Below are positions 38,540-48,362 of a stretch of DNA of 64,000 bases, piece after piece; the first letter of the stretch is position 1, and each line of letters begins with the position of its first letter. The notes under the pieces were generated by a model. That model saw only the letters and a list, made by a program, of their open reading frames with translations, made no database searches and was not told the origin of the DNA. Origin of the DNA: a virus. The DNA is taken from IMG/VR virus record IMGVR_UViG_3300020469_000011, positions 64,001 through 128,000 of that record; one strand, written 5' to 3'. The position numbers were made by a program, and so were the translations under genes.

Positions 38540-39407
38540 AGCTAAAATTGTTCAGGATAGTTCTTTACCTACTGGAGAAAGAGTTTTGACTTTCTCTGCA
38601 ATGTATGGTAGATTAATTCATTCTGAACTTCTTAGACACCGTGCTGCATCTCATTCAGTGAAAAGTTCTCGAGCGATACCCACTAAAAAATATCGAGAAG
38701 AAGTTAAACAAAACATTTATGTCCCAGTTAAATTTGGCACAAAAAAGAGAGGAATGCAAGCAGGTGAACCTACCTTTTTAAGTAAATTTTATGGAGAAAG
38801 AGTATGGAGACTTTCTTCAAAATTTGCATGTTTGTTCCATTGGATGATGGAAAAATTAGATATACATAAGGAAGTAGCTAATCGTATTTTAGAACCATAT
38901 GTGTGGGTTGAAGAAACAATTACTGTTGAAGCTGATGCTTTAAAAGAAATAGCCGAACTTAGAATTCATGATGATGCACAAGAAGATGTTCGTAAAATCG
39001 TTGAAGAAATGTTATATGAAATGGATAAAAGCACACCTGTTAAATTAAAAGAAGGACAATGGCATGTTCCTTATGTTGTGAGAAAAATTACAGATAATGG
39101 GATAATATATACAGATAATAATGGCAAAAATTTAACATTGGATGAGGCTATTGTTTGCTCTGCTGCTAGATCCGCTAGAAGTTCTTACGCTAATCATGAT
39201 AATAGTATGTCTGTACTTGAAAAGGATATTAAACTTGCTAAACAATTAATTGGTTCTAAACCAATGCACTTGTCACCGTTTGAACATCAAGCAAGACCAT
39301 TTAAAGATGATCTTGAAAAGAATCAATATGGTTCTAATCTTCGTCATTTCTTTCAGCAAAGAAAGGCAATTGAAAATTCATTATGGCACTACGAAATCAA
39401 TTCATGA
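38532..39407 (+). CDS. thyX: Flavin-dependent thymidylate synthase
   Basis: ELLRHRAASHSVKSSRAIP (RHRx7S motif), KEVANRILEP, HLSPFEH. Confidence 0.88.
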   Translation: MIKAKIVQDSSLPTGERVLTFSAMYGRLIHSELLRHRAASHSVKSSRAIPTKKYREEVKQNIYVPVKFGTKKRGMQAGEPTFLSKFYGERVWRLSSKFACLFHWMMEKLDIHKEVANRILEPYVWVEETITVEADALKEIAELRIHDDAQEDVRKIVEEMLYEMDKSTPVKLKEGQWHVPYVVRKITDNGIIYTDNNGKNLTLDEAIVCSAARSARSSYANHDNSMSVLEKDIKLAKQLIGSKPMHLSPFEHQARPFKDDLEKNQYGSNLRHFFQQRKAIENSLWHYEINS

Positions 39408-40711
39408 AACCTGGCGAAATAACATTTCGCCAAAGACTAGAAGCTAATTGGAAATCACCAAACGAAAATATATTAAAGTATATTGAAAATACAGTAGATG
39501 AACGGGGGTTTCCAAATATTCCAAATTGGAAAAGTTATAAAGAAGGAAAAGATGAATTAGAGTTATATTCAGCTTTAATGTATTTTTTATTAAATGCAAA
39601 ATTATCTTTACCTAATGCAAATGAACCTGAACATAGTGTTCGTAAGTTATTCTTTAAATTTAAAAATAATACTATTGCTCCTTTTGTTCATCATTATGAC
39701 TTAGACAAACCATTAATCCATCGTTTATCTGGCAGTAGAAATACACAATATATTCATGATTATGATGATTGGAGTATGGGGTTCTTTCCTCAACATATAA
39801 CAGCAAATAAAATTTCTAATTATTTTGCTGAAAATGAGAGAATGCAATGTGAAATAACTAATCGTGAAAGTCCTACATTTTTGTGGACTACTGAACACGG
39901 TATGTCTAGATTAATGGATTGTATTCGTAGAGTTGGTATTGATGTTTTAAATGAGAAAAAATTAAAAAAAGCTTTTGGATATGCTGGTCAAGTTGCAGCC
40001 CAGTTCAATGTAAATACATCTAAAAATATTTATAATATAGTTCCAGGAAAAACAATATTTGATATATCAAGTGGTTGGGGGGATAGATTAACAGGCTTCT
40101 ATCTATCTAATAAAAAAACATATATAGGAACTGATCCAAATTTAAGTATGTATGAAATCTATAAAAAGATGTCTTACACATATGAAAAATGGTTAGGAAA
40201 CGATAATCCTAAAATAACAGAACATGATAATTATTTTGAACTTAAAGGTGTGAAAAATGTTAGAATTTATTGTTTACCTGCCGAAGATATTGATTATGAT
40301 CAAATTCCAAATATTGATCTTACTTTTTCATCTCCGCCATATTTTAATAAAGAACTATATGGTAAAGATTCTGAAAATGAAGATAGTCAATCATGGAAAA
40401 GATATGATACAGATGACAAATGGTTAACAAATTTTTTATATGTGATACTAGATAATCTCATTCCAAAATCAAAAATTACTATGATAAACATCACAGATGT
40501 TGGAACTGATGTTAGAGATAATCGTAAATGTATTTGTGACCCAATGGTAGAGAGATATAAAAATAAATTTGTAGGAATCACAGGATTTCAATTATCACAA
40601 AACATGAACATCGTCAGATATTTAACTGGTCATTACACTGAACCGATTTGGACCTTTGGTGAAAATTTCTTACAAGAAAATAAAGTAAATTTAATGGAAT
40701 TATTTAATTAG
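39383..40711 (+). CDS. DNA amino-methyltransferase (m4C/m6A type)
   Basis: SAM-binding FDISSGWGDRL, YIGTDPN, catalytic FSSPPYF. Confidence 0.8.
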   Translation: MALRNQFMKPGEITFRQRLEANWKSPNENILKYIENTVDERGFPNIPNWKSYKEGKDELELYSALMYFLLNAKLSLPNANEPEHSVRKLFFKFKNNTIAPFVHHYDLDKPLIHRLSGSRNTQYIHDYDDWSMGFFPQHITANKISNYFAENERMQCEITNRESPTFLWTTEHGMSRLMDCIRRVGIDVLNEKKLKKAFGYAGQVAAQFNVNTSKNIYNIVPGKTIFDISSGWGDRLTGFYLSNKKTYIGTDPNLSMYEIYKKMSYTYEKWLGNDNPKITEHDNYFELKGVKNVRIYCLPAEDIDYDQIPNIDLTFSSPPYFNKELYGKDSENEDSQSWKRYDTDDKWLTNFLYVILDNLIPKSKITMINITDVGTDVRDNRKCICDPMVERYKNKFVGITGFQLSQNMNIVRYLTGHYTEPIWTFGENFLQENKVNLMELFN

Positions 40712-40719
40712 GGAGAATT

Positions 40720-41007
40720 ATGTTACATAGAGTTACCGCAACTATTGATAAAGAAAGAACTTGGGAGAAGGTTTTAAATCTTGACTATCTATTGAGTTTT
40801 GAACCATATGCTGATAAAAATGGAATTTATATTGTTTTAAATCTTTCAGATCAAAAATATAAATTTCATTATACAAGTATAGATACGATGATGGAAGATT
40901 ACGAAAAATTACACACAAACATGTCAGAGAGTTTTACACAAATGCATTCAATTATAAATCCTATGGATGTGTCAACTGAAAACGAAAATGACGTATTATT
41001 AGGATAA
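40720..41007 (+). CDS. Hypothetical protein
   Basis: GGGAG SD; ORF track. Confidence 0.7.
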   Translation: MLHRVTATIDKERTWEKVLNLDYLLSFEPYADKNGIYIVLNLSDQKYKFHYTSIDTMMEDYEKLHTNMSESFTQMHSIINPMDVSTENENDVLLG

Positions 41008-41010
41008 AAC

Positions 41011-41106
41011 ATGGAAAAAATTACAATGTTTTTTATAGTCTTAATATCTTTTGTATTAATTTCAATGTATTTTCTAGGTAAAAAAGTAATTGATATTCTT
41101 GATTAA
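41011..41106 (+). CDS. 31-aa membrane peptide (MEKITMFFIVLISFVLISMYFLGKKVIDILD)
   Basis: Translated by hand; AGGA SD; one hydrophobic helix. Confidence 0.5.
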   Translation: MEKITMFFIVLISFVLISMYFLGKKVIDILD

Positions 41107-41118
41107 AAATATTATAAT
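41090..41118 (+). promoter_or_regulatory. Sigma70-type promoter for the tRNA and guaA
   Basis: TTGATA-N17-TATAAT, 10 nt before the tRNA. Confidence 0.55.
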
Positions 41119-41128
41119 TTTTGAAAAG

Positions 41129-41205
41129 GGGCCTCTAGCTCAATAGGTTAGAGCACCGCACTCATAATGCGTAGGTTCTCGGTTCAAGTCCGAGGGGGCC
41201 CACCA
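41129..41205 (+). tRNA. tRNA with CAT anticodon, most likely tRNA-Ile2 (lysidine, reads AUA)
   Basis: Acceptor GGGCCTC/GGGGCCC, A73 then CCA, loop CT-CAT-AA; body resembles bacterial Ile2 and lacks initiator features. Confidence 0.85.
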
Positions 41206-41242
41206 CCTCCAAAAAAACCTTTATGAAAATATAATTAAATGA

Positions 41243-42973
41243 ATGAATAAATTACTTATCTTTGACTATGGAAGTCAGTATACACATTTGATTTCCAAGA
41301 GATTTAGAAAACTTGGTTACTACACTGAAATATGTCAACCCGATATAGATTTACAATTAATATCTGCTAACGGTATTATTTTATCTGGAGGTCCTGGAAG
41401 TACAAATGCAAATAATGATTTAAATACTAATATATTTGATTTGAATATTCCAATATTAGGTATATGTTATGGTCATCAGTTAATAGCTTCCTACTTCAAA
41501 GGCACAGTAAAATCAAATACTAATGTGGAATTTGGAAAAGCAAACCTAACAAAATGTGAAGATAGTCTTCTTTTTAAAAGATTACCAAATACATTTCAAG
41601 TTTGGATGAGTCATCATGATACTATAACTTCTTTACCTGAGCAGTTTAAAGTTATAGGTAAAACAGAAACTCCTTCTGCAATTGAGCATAAACATAAAAA
41701 GATCTATTCATTACAATTTCATCCAGAAGTTAATGATACAAACTTTGGTTCAATAATATTAGATAATTTTGCCAAAATATGTAACATTGAAAATAATTGG
41801 AATACTAAAAACTTTACTGAATCTAGTATTAAAAATATTAAAGAAGAAGTAAAAGACCGTAATGTACTCATGTTTCTGAGTGGAGGTGTAGATTCTAGTG
41901 TTGCATTTTCTTTACTCAACGAGTCTCTGGGGTCTGAACGTGTATTAGGTCTTTTTATAGATAACGGATTTTTAAGAACAAATGAAGCTAAAATAATTTT
42001 AGAAAAATACAATTCTTTAGGTTATGATAATATAATATTTCGTGACTATAGTATTAAATTTTTAGAAGCTATAAAAAATATTACAGACCCAGAAGAGAAG
42101 CGCAAGTCTGTAGGAGAAACTTTTCTAAAAGTTAGAGAAGAATTTTTAGATGAATTAAATTTAAATACTGATGATTGGTTATTGGGACAAGGTACTTTAT
42201 ATCCAGATATTATTGAATCGGGTGGTTCAAAAAATTCACATGTGATCAAATCACATCACAACAGAGTAGATGCTGTAAAAAAATATATTGATAAAGGTTT
42301 GATAATTGAACCGCTAAAGGAATTATATAAAGATGAAGTTCGTATTCTTGGAGCTTTATTAGGACTCCCAAAACAAATAGTACAAAGACATCCATTTCCA
42401 GGTCCAGGTCTTTCCATTAATGTAATTTGTTCTGATTCAATTTCTGAACAAACTAGTGAATTTTTACCAATAAAAAGTGTTGGTGTGCAAGGTGATCAAA
42501 GAACTTATAAATCTCCAAAGGTCATTCATAATAAAGCTGATTGGGATACATTAGAAAAATTAAGTATTGAACATACTAATAAGGTAGATGGGAGCAATAG
42601 AGTTGTTTTACATTTATCTAAAAGTGAAATTAAACATAATGGTTGGATTAGAAAAATTGCGTATTGCACAGAAGAAAGATTAAATATTCTCAGAAAAGCA
42701 GAAACTATAGTCTCTGAGAGTCTAGAAAAAAATAATTGGATGATAAAACTTTTTCAAGTATTAGTTATTCTTTTACCAATTAGTGAAAATGGGAAAAAAG
42801 AAAGTATTGTGATAAGACCAGTGGTATCAGAAGATGTGATGACTGCACAATTTGCTAAAATTGATTGGGATGTCATAGAAGAAATTGTAGATAAATTGTA
42901 TAAGATGCCGAATATAGATTCGGTCTTTTATGATATTACACATAAACCTCCAGCGACTTTTGGGTGGGAATAA
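41243..42973 (+). CDS. guaA: GMP synthase (glutamine-hydrolysing)
   Basis: DYGSQYT, LGICYGHQ, QFHPEV, LSGGVDSS, QGTLYPDIIES, IKSHHN, RHPFPGPGL, KPPATFGWE. Confidence 0.95.
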   Translation: MNKLLIFDYGSQYTHLISKRFRKLGYYTEICQPDIDLQLISANGIILSGGPGSTNANNDLNTNIFDLNIPILGICYGHQLIASYFKGTVKSNTNVEFGKANLTKCEDSLLFKRLPNTFQVWMSHHDTITSLPEQFKVIGKTETPSAIEHKHKKIYSLQFHPEVNDTNFGSIILDNFAKICNIENNWNTKNFTESSIKNIKEEVKDRNVLMFLSGGVDSSVAFSLLNESLGSERVLGLFIDNGFLRTNEAKIILEKYNSLGYDNIIFRDYSIKFLEAIKNITDPEEKRKSVGETFLKVREEFLDELNLNTDDWLLGQGTLYPDIIESGGSKNSHVIKSHHNRVDAVKKYIDKGLIIEPLKELYKDEVRILGALLGLPKQIVQRHPFPGPGLSINVICSDSISEQTSEFLPIKSVGVQGDQRTYKSPKVIHNKADWDTLEKLSIEHTNKVDGSNRVVLHLSKSEIKHNGWIRKIAYCTEERLNILRKAETIVSESLEKNNWMIKLFQVLVILLPISENGKKESIVIRPVVSEDVMTAQFAKIDWDVIEEIVDKLYKMPNIDSVFYDITHKPPATFGWE

Positions 42974-42975
42974 AC

Positions 42976-43004
42976 TTGACATTTCTCTAGAATTATGATA
43001 TAAT
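42976..43004 (+). promoter_or_regulatory. Sigma70-type early promoter of the DNA polymerase
   Basis: TTGACA-N17-TATAAT with extended TG. Confidence 0.8.
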
Positions 43005-43042
43005 TAAATAATTGTAAAATATTCTCAACTAATAAGGAATCA

Positions 43043-45559
43043 ATGTTTTATACTAATGTAGCACTTGTTGGTAATAAAATACACATGAGGTATATTGAAA
43101 ATGGAATAAGAAAACAAAATGATTTTTCTTTCAGTCCTGAATTGTTTATAAAAAGTAAGAAAGGTAATTTTAGAGATCTATATAATAATTCCTATAAAAG
43201 TATAGAAGTAGAAAACGTAAAAACCGCCAAAGAAAAAGTTAAAAGTTCTTCTAATATTGAAGACTATACTATTTGTGGTAATGCAAAACCCGAATTTGAG
43301 TTTATTCATAGAAACTTTCCTGAAAACATATCCTTTGACTCCTCACAAATAAACATTGGTTATCTTGATATTGAGGTTTTTACAGACGGTGCTTTTCCTG
43401 AACCATCTGCCGCAAAATATCCAATCAATGCTATATCCTTTCGTATTCATGAAATGACACATGCTTTTGGTTTAACCTATGACAATGTTACCTATAAAAG
43501 CAAAAAAGATGATGTAACTGTATATCTATTTGATACTGAAGAAAAATTATTAACTGAATTTATAAATTTTTGGAGTAAATGTGAATTAGATGTTATATCT
43601 GGTTGGAACTCTAATAGTTTTGATATTCCATACATTTGCAGAAGAATAGAAAATGTATTTGGTGAAAGGTATTTAAAAAGACTATCCCCATATTCAAAAA
43701 TCTTTTCAACAGAAAGAAAGAATGATTTTGGTAATAAAGAGATTGCATATAAAATTTATGGAATATCTCAAATAGACTATCTTGCAATCTACAAAAAATT
43801 TACATTTAAAAATCGTGAAAGCTATAAACTAGATTTTATTGCACAAGAAGAATTGGGTGAACGTAAAGAAGATGTATCTGATTATGATAATCTATTTGAT
43901 TTGTATGAAAAAGACTTTGAACTTTTCATGGATTATAATATTAAAGATACTGAACTTGTAGAAAGATTAGATGATAGATTAAAGCTAATGGAAATAGCAT
44001 TAACTCTGGCATATTTTTCAAAAGTAAATTATGAAGATATCTTTAGTCCAATGAGGTATTGGGAAAACATTATTCAAAATTATCTTTATGAACATCAGAT
44101 AGTTGTACCAATTGAAAAGCCAGAAAATGAAAAGACTAAAAAGTTTGAAGGTGCGTATGTAAAAGATCCAATTGTAGGTAAACATGATTTCATGGTATCC
44201 TTTGACTTCACTGCTCTGTATCCATATATTCTTCGTACATTTAATATTTCTCCAGAAACTATTCAAGGAATGCGATATGATCTAGATGTAGAATCTATAT
44301 TAAATCAATCAATTGATTTATCTAGTGAATATGAAAAAGACATTACTGTAGCTGCAAATGGAGCCAGATTCACTCGCAAACACACTGGATTTATTCCTGC
44401 TCTTATTAAAAGAATGTTAGATTTGAGAGTTGATTCTAAAAAAGAAATGATTAAGACTCAGCAGAAAATTGAAGAAATGAAAAAGAGCGGTGAAAATCTA
44501 AATGATATTAAACTTTTAGAAAAGAAAACAGTTGCTTTATTTAATATGCAACTTGTAGCTAAAGTAGCTGCAAACTCTTTTTATGGAATTTGTGGATTAA
44601 AATATTTTCGTTTTTATGATATACGTTTAGCAGAAGCAGTAACTTATTCCGGTCAAGCAGCAAATCGTTTTGTAGAAAAGAAAGTAAATGAATATTTAAA
44701 TAAATTACTAGAGACAGAAAATAAAGATTATACAATCTATATGGATACAGATTCTTGTTATTTTGACCTAAGTGGAATGGTGAATAAATTTGTTCCTAAT
44801 AAAACAAAACAAGAACAGAACGAGTTTGTCAAGAAAGTGGGTTATTCAAAACTCACAGAATGTATTGATAATGCTATTGATAGTTTCAACAAATATTTAA
44901 ATGTTCATGATGCTATTCTTAATATGAAAATGGAAGCCGTTGGTGGTGGAGTTTTTATAGCAAAGAAAAAGTATGTAATGTCAATAGTCCATATGGAAGG
45001 TGTAGACTATGCAAAACCAAAATTAAAAATGACAGGTGTTGAAGCAGTAAAATCTTCAACTCCTGCTCCAGCTAGAAAAGCTTTGACAGACTGTGCGAAT
45101 ATTCTTGTCACAGGAACAGAAGATGAACTAATTGAATATGTCACAAAATTTCGTAAAGAATGGAATGGTCTATCTCCAGATCAAATTGGATTACCAACTT
45201 CAGTGAATGGTATATTTAAGTATCACACAAAAGATAATAGATATGCACTTGGCTGTCCTATACATGTGAGAGCAGCAATTAATTATAATTATTGGATATC
45301 CGAATATAAAATTGATATGCATTATTCTGATATTAAAGATGGTTCAAAAGCAAAGTATGTTTTTCTTATAAACCAAAACTACACTAGAGAAAATGTCATA
45401 GCGTTTCCATCTAAGCTACCGAAAGAACTTGACTTACACTCCAAAATAGATTATAATGCTCAGTTAGAAAGATCATTTCTTTCTCCTCTTAAAATTATGC
45501 TTGAGCCAACTGGTTGGAATTATGAGAAAAAAGTAAATTTAATGGATTTATTTTCTTAA
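43043..45559 (+). CDS. gp43: Family B DNA polymerase gp43
   Basis: DIEV (exo I), GWNSNSFDIPY, YNIKD, SFDFTALYP, KVAANSFYG, YMDTDS, KKKY; C-terminal LMDLF. Confidence 0.97.
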   Translation: MFYTNVALVGNKIHMRYIENGIRKQNDFSFSPELFIKSKKGNFRDLYNNSYKSIEVENVKTAKEKVKSSSNIEDYTICGNAKPEFEFIHRNFPENISFDSSQINIGYLDIEVFTDGAFPEPSAAKYPINAISFRIHEMTHAFGLTYDNVTYKSKKDDVTVYLFDTEEKLLTEFINFWSKCELDVISGWNSNSFDIPYICRRIENVFGERYLKRLSPYSKIFSTERKNDFGNKEIAYKIYGISQIDYLAIYKKFTFKNRESYKLDFIAQEELGERKEDVSDYDNLFDLYEKDFELFMDYNIKDTELVERLDDRLKLMEIALTLAYFSKVNYEDIFSPMRYWENIIQNYLYEHQIVVPIEKPENEKTKKFEGAYVKDPIVGKHDFMVSFDFTALYPYILRTFNISPETIQGMRYDLDVESILNQSIDLSSEYEKDITVAANGARFTRKHTGFIPALIKRMLDLRVDSKKEMIKTQQKIEEMKKSGENLNDIKLLEKKTVALFNMQLVAKVAANSFYGICGLKYFRFYDIRLAEAVTYSGQAANRFVEKKVNEYLNKLLETENKDYTIYMDTDSCYFDLSGMVNKFVPNKTKQEQNEFVKKVGYSKLTECIDNAIDSFNKYLNVHDAILNMKMEAVGGGVFIAKKKYVMSIVHMEGVDYAKPKLKMTGVEAVKSSTPAPARKALTDCANILVTGTEDELIEYVTKFRKEWNGLSPDQIGLPTSVNGIFKYHTKDNRYALGCPIHVRAAINYNYWISEYKIDMHYSDIKDGSKAKYVFLINQNYTRENVIAFPSKLPKELDLHSKIDYNAQLERSFLSPLKIMLEPTGWNYEKKVNLMDLFS
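45429..45457 (+). promoter_or_regulatory. Intragenic sigma70-type promoter upstream of uvsX
   Basis: TTGACT-N17-TATAAT in the 3' end of gp43. Confidence 0.65.
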
Positions 45560-45578
45560 CATTTAATGAAGGATTGTT

Positions 45579-46649
45579 ATGTCAAGTTTTTTTAAAAACT
45601 ATGCAAAATCAATGAAAAACGAACTTGCTACTATTGTTGGTGAGCAGGGTATGATAGGTGATTGTGAAGAATTTTTAGATACAGGTTCTTACATGCTGAA
45701 TGCAATTATGTCAGCGGATTTATTTAAAGGCATTCCTAAAAATAAAACAATTGCTATTGCATCAGATTCAGGTATTGGCAAATCATTCTTTTGTGTATCT
45801 ATTGCAAAAGAATTTCAAAAGAATTTTCCAAATGGATATGTTGTTTATTATGAAACAGAAAATGCATTTACTACAAAAATGTTTGCTGAAAGAGGAATTG
45901 ATCTAAACCGTTTGCTTTATGTACCAATTGGAACTGTTGAACAATTCCGACATGAGTCAACAAAATTTGTTAAAGATTATAATGGTTTGTCAGAAGAAGA
46001 GAAAGTACCATTTATTATGATATTAGATTCTATTGGTAACTTGTCTACAGAAAAAGAATATGAAGATGCTATTTCAGGTGCAAACAAAACAGATATGACA
46101 AAAGGCAGACTTGTTAAATCAGCACTAAGAACATTGAAAATGGAATTGTCAAGAGCCAATGCCCCATTGATTATGACTAATCATGTATACAGTGAAATCG
46201 GTTCAATGTATCCTCAAGAAGTAATGACCGGTGGAAAAGGTCCTTTGTTTCTGTCCGATGTAGTTTTGTTTTTATCTAAACGTAAAGATAAAGATGGAAC
46301 AGTACAAGTTGGTAATTTTATTTCAGCAAGAGCCAGAAAATCAAGATTTACTAAAGAAAATTCAAAAGTTGAAATTTATTTAAACTTTAAAACTGGTATT
46401 AATAAATATCATGGTCTTTTACCTTTTGCTGAAAAGGCAGGTGTTTATAAAAAAATTGGTAATCGTTATGAAGTTTCTGATGGACGTAAATTATATGAAA
46501 AACAGATTATGGAAAATCCACAAGAATTTTTCACTCAAGAAGTATTAGAAAAAATCAATGAATATATTCATGAAGAATTTTCATATGGTGGTTATACGGA
46601 AGAACTGCCATTTGATAGTTTAGATGAAGATGTTTTAGAAAAGGAGTAA
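45579..46649 (+). CDS. uvsX: RecA-like recombinase UvsX
   Basis: DTGSYMLNAIMS, SGIGKS, ILDSIGNL, DMTK, TNHVY, GGKG. Confidence 0.93.
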   Translation: MSSFFKNYAKSMKNELATIVGEQGMIGDCEEFLDTGSYMLNAIMSADLFKGIPKNKTIAIASDSGIGKSFFCVSIAKEFQKNFPNGYVVYYETENAFTTKMFAERGIDLNRLLYVPIGTVEQFRHESTKFVKDYNGLSEEEKVPFIMILDSIGNLSTEKEYEDAISGANKTDMTKGRLVKSALRTLKMELSRANAPLIMTNHVYSEIGSMYPQEVMTGGKGPLFLSDVVLFLSKRKDKDGTVQVGNFISARARKSRFTKENSKVEIYLNFKTGINKYHGLLPFAEKAGVYKKIGNRYEVSDGRKLYEKQIMENPQEFFTQEVLEKINEYIHEEFSYGGYTEELPFDSLDEDVLEKE

Positions 46650-46655
46650 CTTAAA

Positions 46656-47030
46656 ATGGAAAACAATACAATATTTAATTATGGTGTGGTTAAAGATGAA
46701 AGTGATGATAGATGGGCTATTCATATTGAAAGTGGAGATTTTACGGATTTTATTTTTAAAATAGATCATCTTCGCTTGACATATAAAACTGATGATGATA
46801 GACTAAAGTTGGTTGAAAGTTATGATGAAGTAGATGATAAAGATGTAATTCTAGATTTTCAGTATGACCTTACCTCAGTCCCAAACAATTTTGAAAATGT
46901 AGATGGTAGTCAAGAGGCTTTTGAAAATGTTGCTAGAAATATTTTAATTGATATTTTAATGAGTCATCCTGAATTATATAAATTGGAGTCTAATAATGAA
47001 CACCAAGCTGATATTGAACAGCCTAATTAA
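46656..47030 (+). CDS. Hypothetical protein, positional equivalent of gp40
   Basis: Lies between uvsX and 41, as gene 40 does in T4; acidic 124 aa. Confidence 0.55.
   Translation: MENNTIFNYGVVKDESDDRWAIHIESGDFTDFIFKIDHLRLTYKTDDDRLKLVESYDEVDDKDVILDFQYDLTSVPNNFENVDGSQEAFENVARNILIDILMSHPELYKLESNNEHQADIEQPN
46776..46804 (+). promoter_or_regulatory. Possible intragenic promoter upstream of gp41
   Basis: TTGACA-N17-TAGACT with extended TG. Confidence 0.45.
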
Positions 47031-48354
47031 AAACAAAAGTTATGTTAATAAAACTCTCCCTTTTCTAAAACAAGAATATTTTGAAGACAAATTAGAAAAG
47101 TCTATATATAGTTATATATCTAAATTTATTACAGAATATAATACTCTTCCTTCAGATGATGTTGTAGAATATTATGCAGGTAAAGATAACACTTTAAGTG
47201 ATGATGAACTAAAAGAACTTAGTAGTGTTTGGAATGATATCATTAATCAAGATACAGAAAATATGACGGTAGATTGGTTAGTAGATATTACCGAAGAATG
47301 GTGTAAAGAAAGAGCAATTTTTCTTGCTGTAAGTGAATCTATTAATATTATTACAGATGATAAAAAGAAAGGTGATAAAAATACTATACCAGATATATTA
47401 AAAGATGCATTGTCTGTTTCCTTTGATACAAATATTGGTCATGACTTTACAGAAGATGCAGAATCTAGATTTGAATATTATCATAAAAAAGAATCTAAAC
47501 TTCCTTTTGATATTGAAATGTTAAACAAAATTACTAAAGGTGGTTTTACTCATGGAACATTAAATTTATTTTTAGGTGGGACTAATTCTGGTAAAACTCT
47601 TTTTATGTGCCATTTAGCTGCATCATATTTGAATCATGGATACAATGTTTTATATATAACACTTGAAATAGCCGAAGAAGAAATTGCTAAACGAATTGAT
47701 TCTAATTTGATGAATATAAAAATGTCTGAAGTTACTACAATGACTAAGGATAGTTTTCTGACAAAAATTGAAAAAATTAGAGCAAAAACAATTGGAAACT
47801 TAAAAATAAAACAATATCCGCCGGCTTCTGCAAATATTAATCATTTTCGTGCTTTACTAAATGAGTTAAATTTAAAGAAAAATTTTGCTCCAGATATAAT
47901 TATAGTAGATTATTTAGGATTGTGTTCCTCTGCTAGAATACGTTCTTCTGAAAATTCTTTTAATTTTTATAAATCAGTTGCTGAAGAAATGAGAGGTCTT
48001 GCTGTAGAGAAAAAAGTACCTATTGTTAGCAATCATCAATTTAATCGTTCAGGCCAATATAATACAGATGTAGATTTAGAAAACATTTCAGAATCACATG
48101 GTATATCTATGACTGCTGATTTTATGGCAGCAATTATAGTTACTGAAGAATTTATTGAAGAAAAGAAAGTTATGATAAAACAACTGAAAAGTAGATATAA
48201 TGATCCGAGTTATTATAATAAATTCATGATTGGAATGGATAGAGAAAAAATGAAACTCTATAATTTAGAAGATGAGCACGTTATAGAAATGGCATCTATA
48301 AAAGAAAAAGATGATGTTGTTTCAAAACCAAAAGTAAATATTGATTTTTCGTAA
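46996..48354 (+). CDS. gp41: Replicative helicase gp41 (DnaB family)
   Basis: SVSFDTNIGHDF, GGTNSGKT, YITLEIAEE, IIVDYL, AEEMRGLA, SESHG, QLKSRY. Confidence 0.95.
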   Translation: MNTKLILNSLIKNKSYVNKTLPFLKQEYFEDKLEKSIYSYISKFITEYNTLPSDDVVEYYAGKDNTLSDDELKELSSVWNDIINQDTENMTVDWLVDITEEWCKERAIFLAVSESINIITDDKKKGDKNTIPDILKDALSVSFDTNIGHDFTEDAESRFEYYHKKESKLPFDIEMLNKITKGGFTHGTLNLFLGGTNSGKTLFMCHLAASYLNHGYNVLYITLEIAEEEIAKRIDSNLMNIKMSEVTTMTKDSFLTKIEKIRAKTIGNLKIKQYPPASANINHFRALLNELNLKKNFAPDIIIVDYLGLCSSARIRSSENSFNFYKSVAEEMRGLAVEKKVPIVSNHQFNRSGQYNTDVDLENISESHGISMTADFMAAIIVTEEFIEEKKVMIKQLKSRYNDPSYYNKFMIGMDREKMKLYNLEDEHVIEMASIKEKDDVVSKPKVNIDFS

Positions 48355-48362
48355 GGAATATT

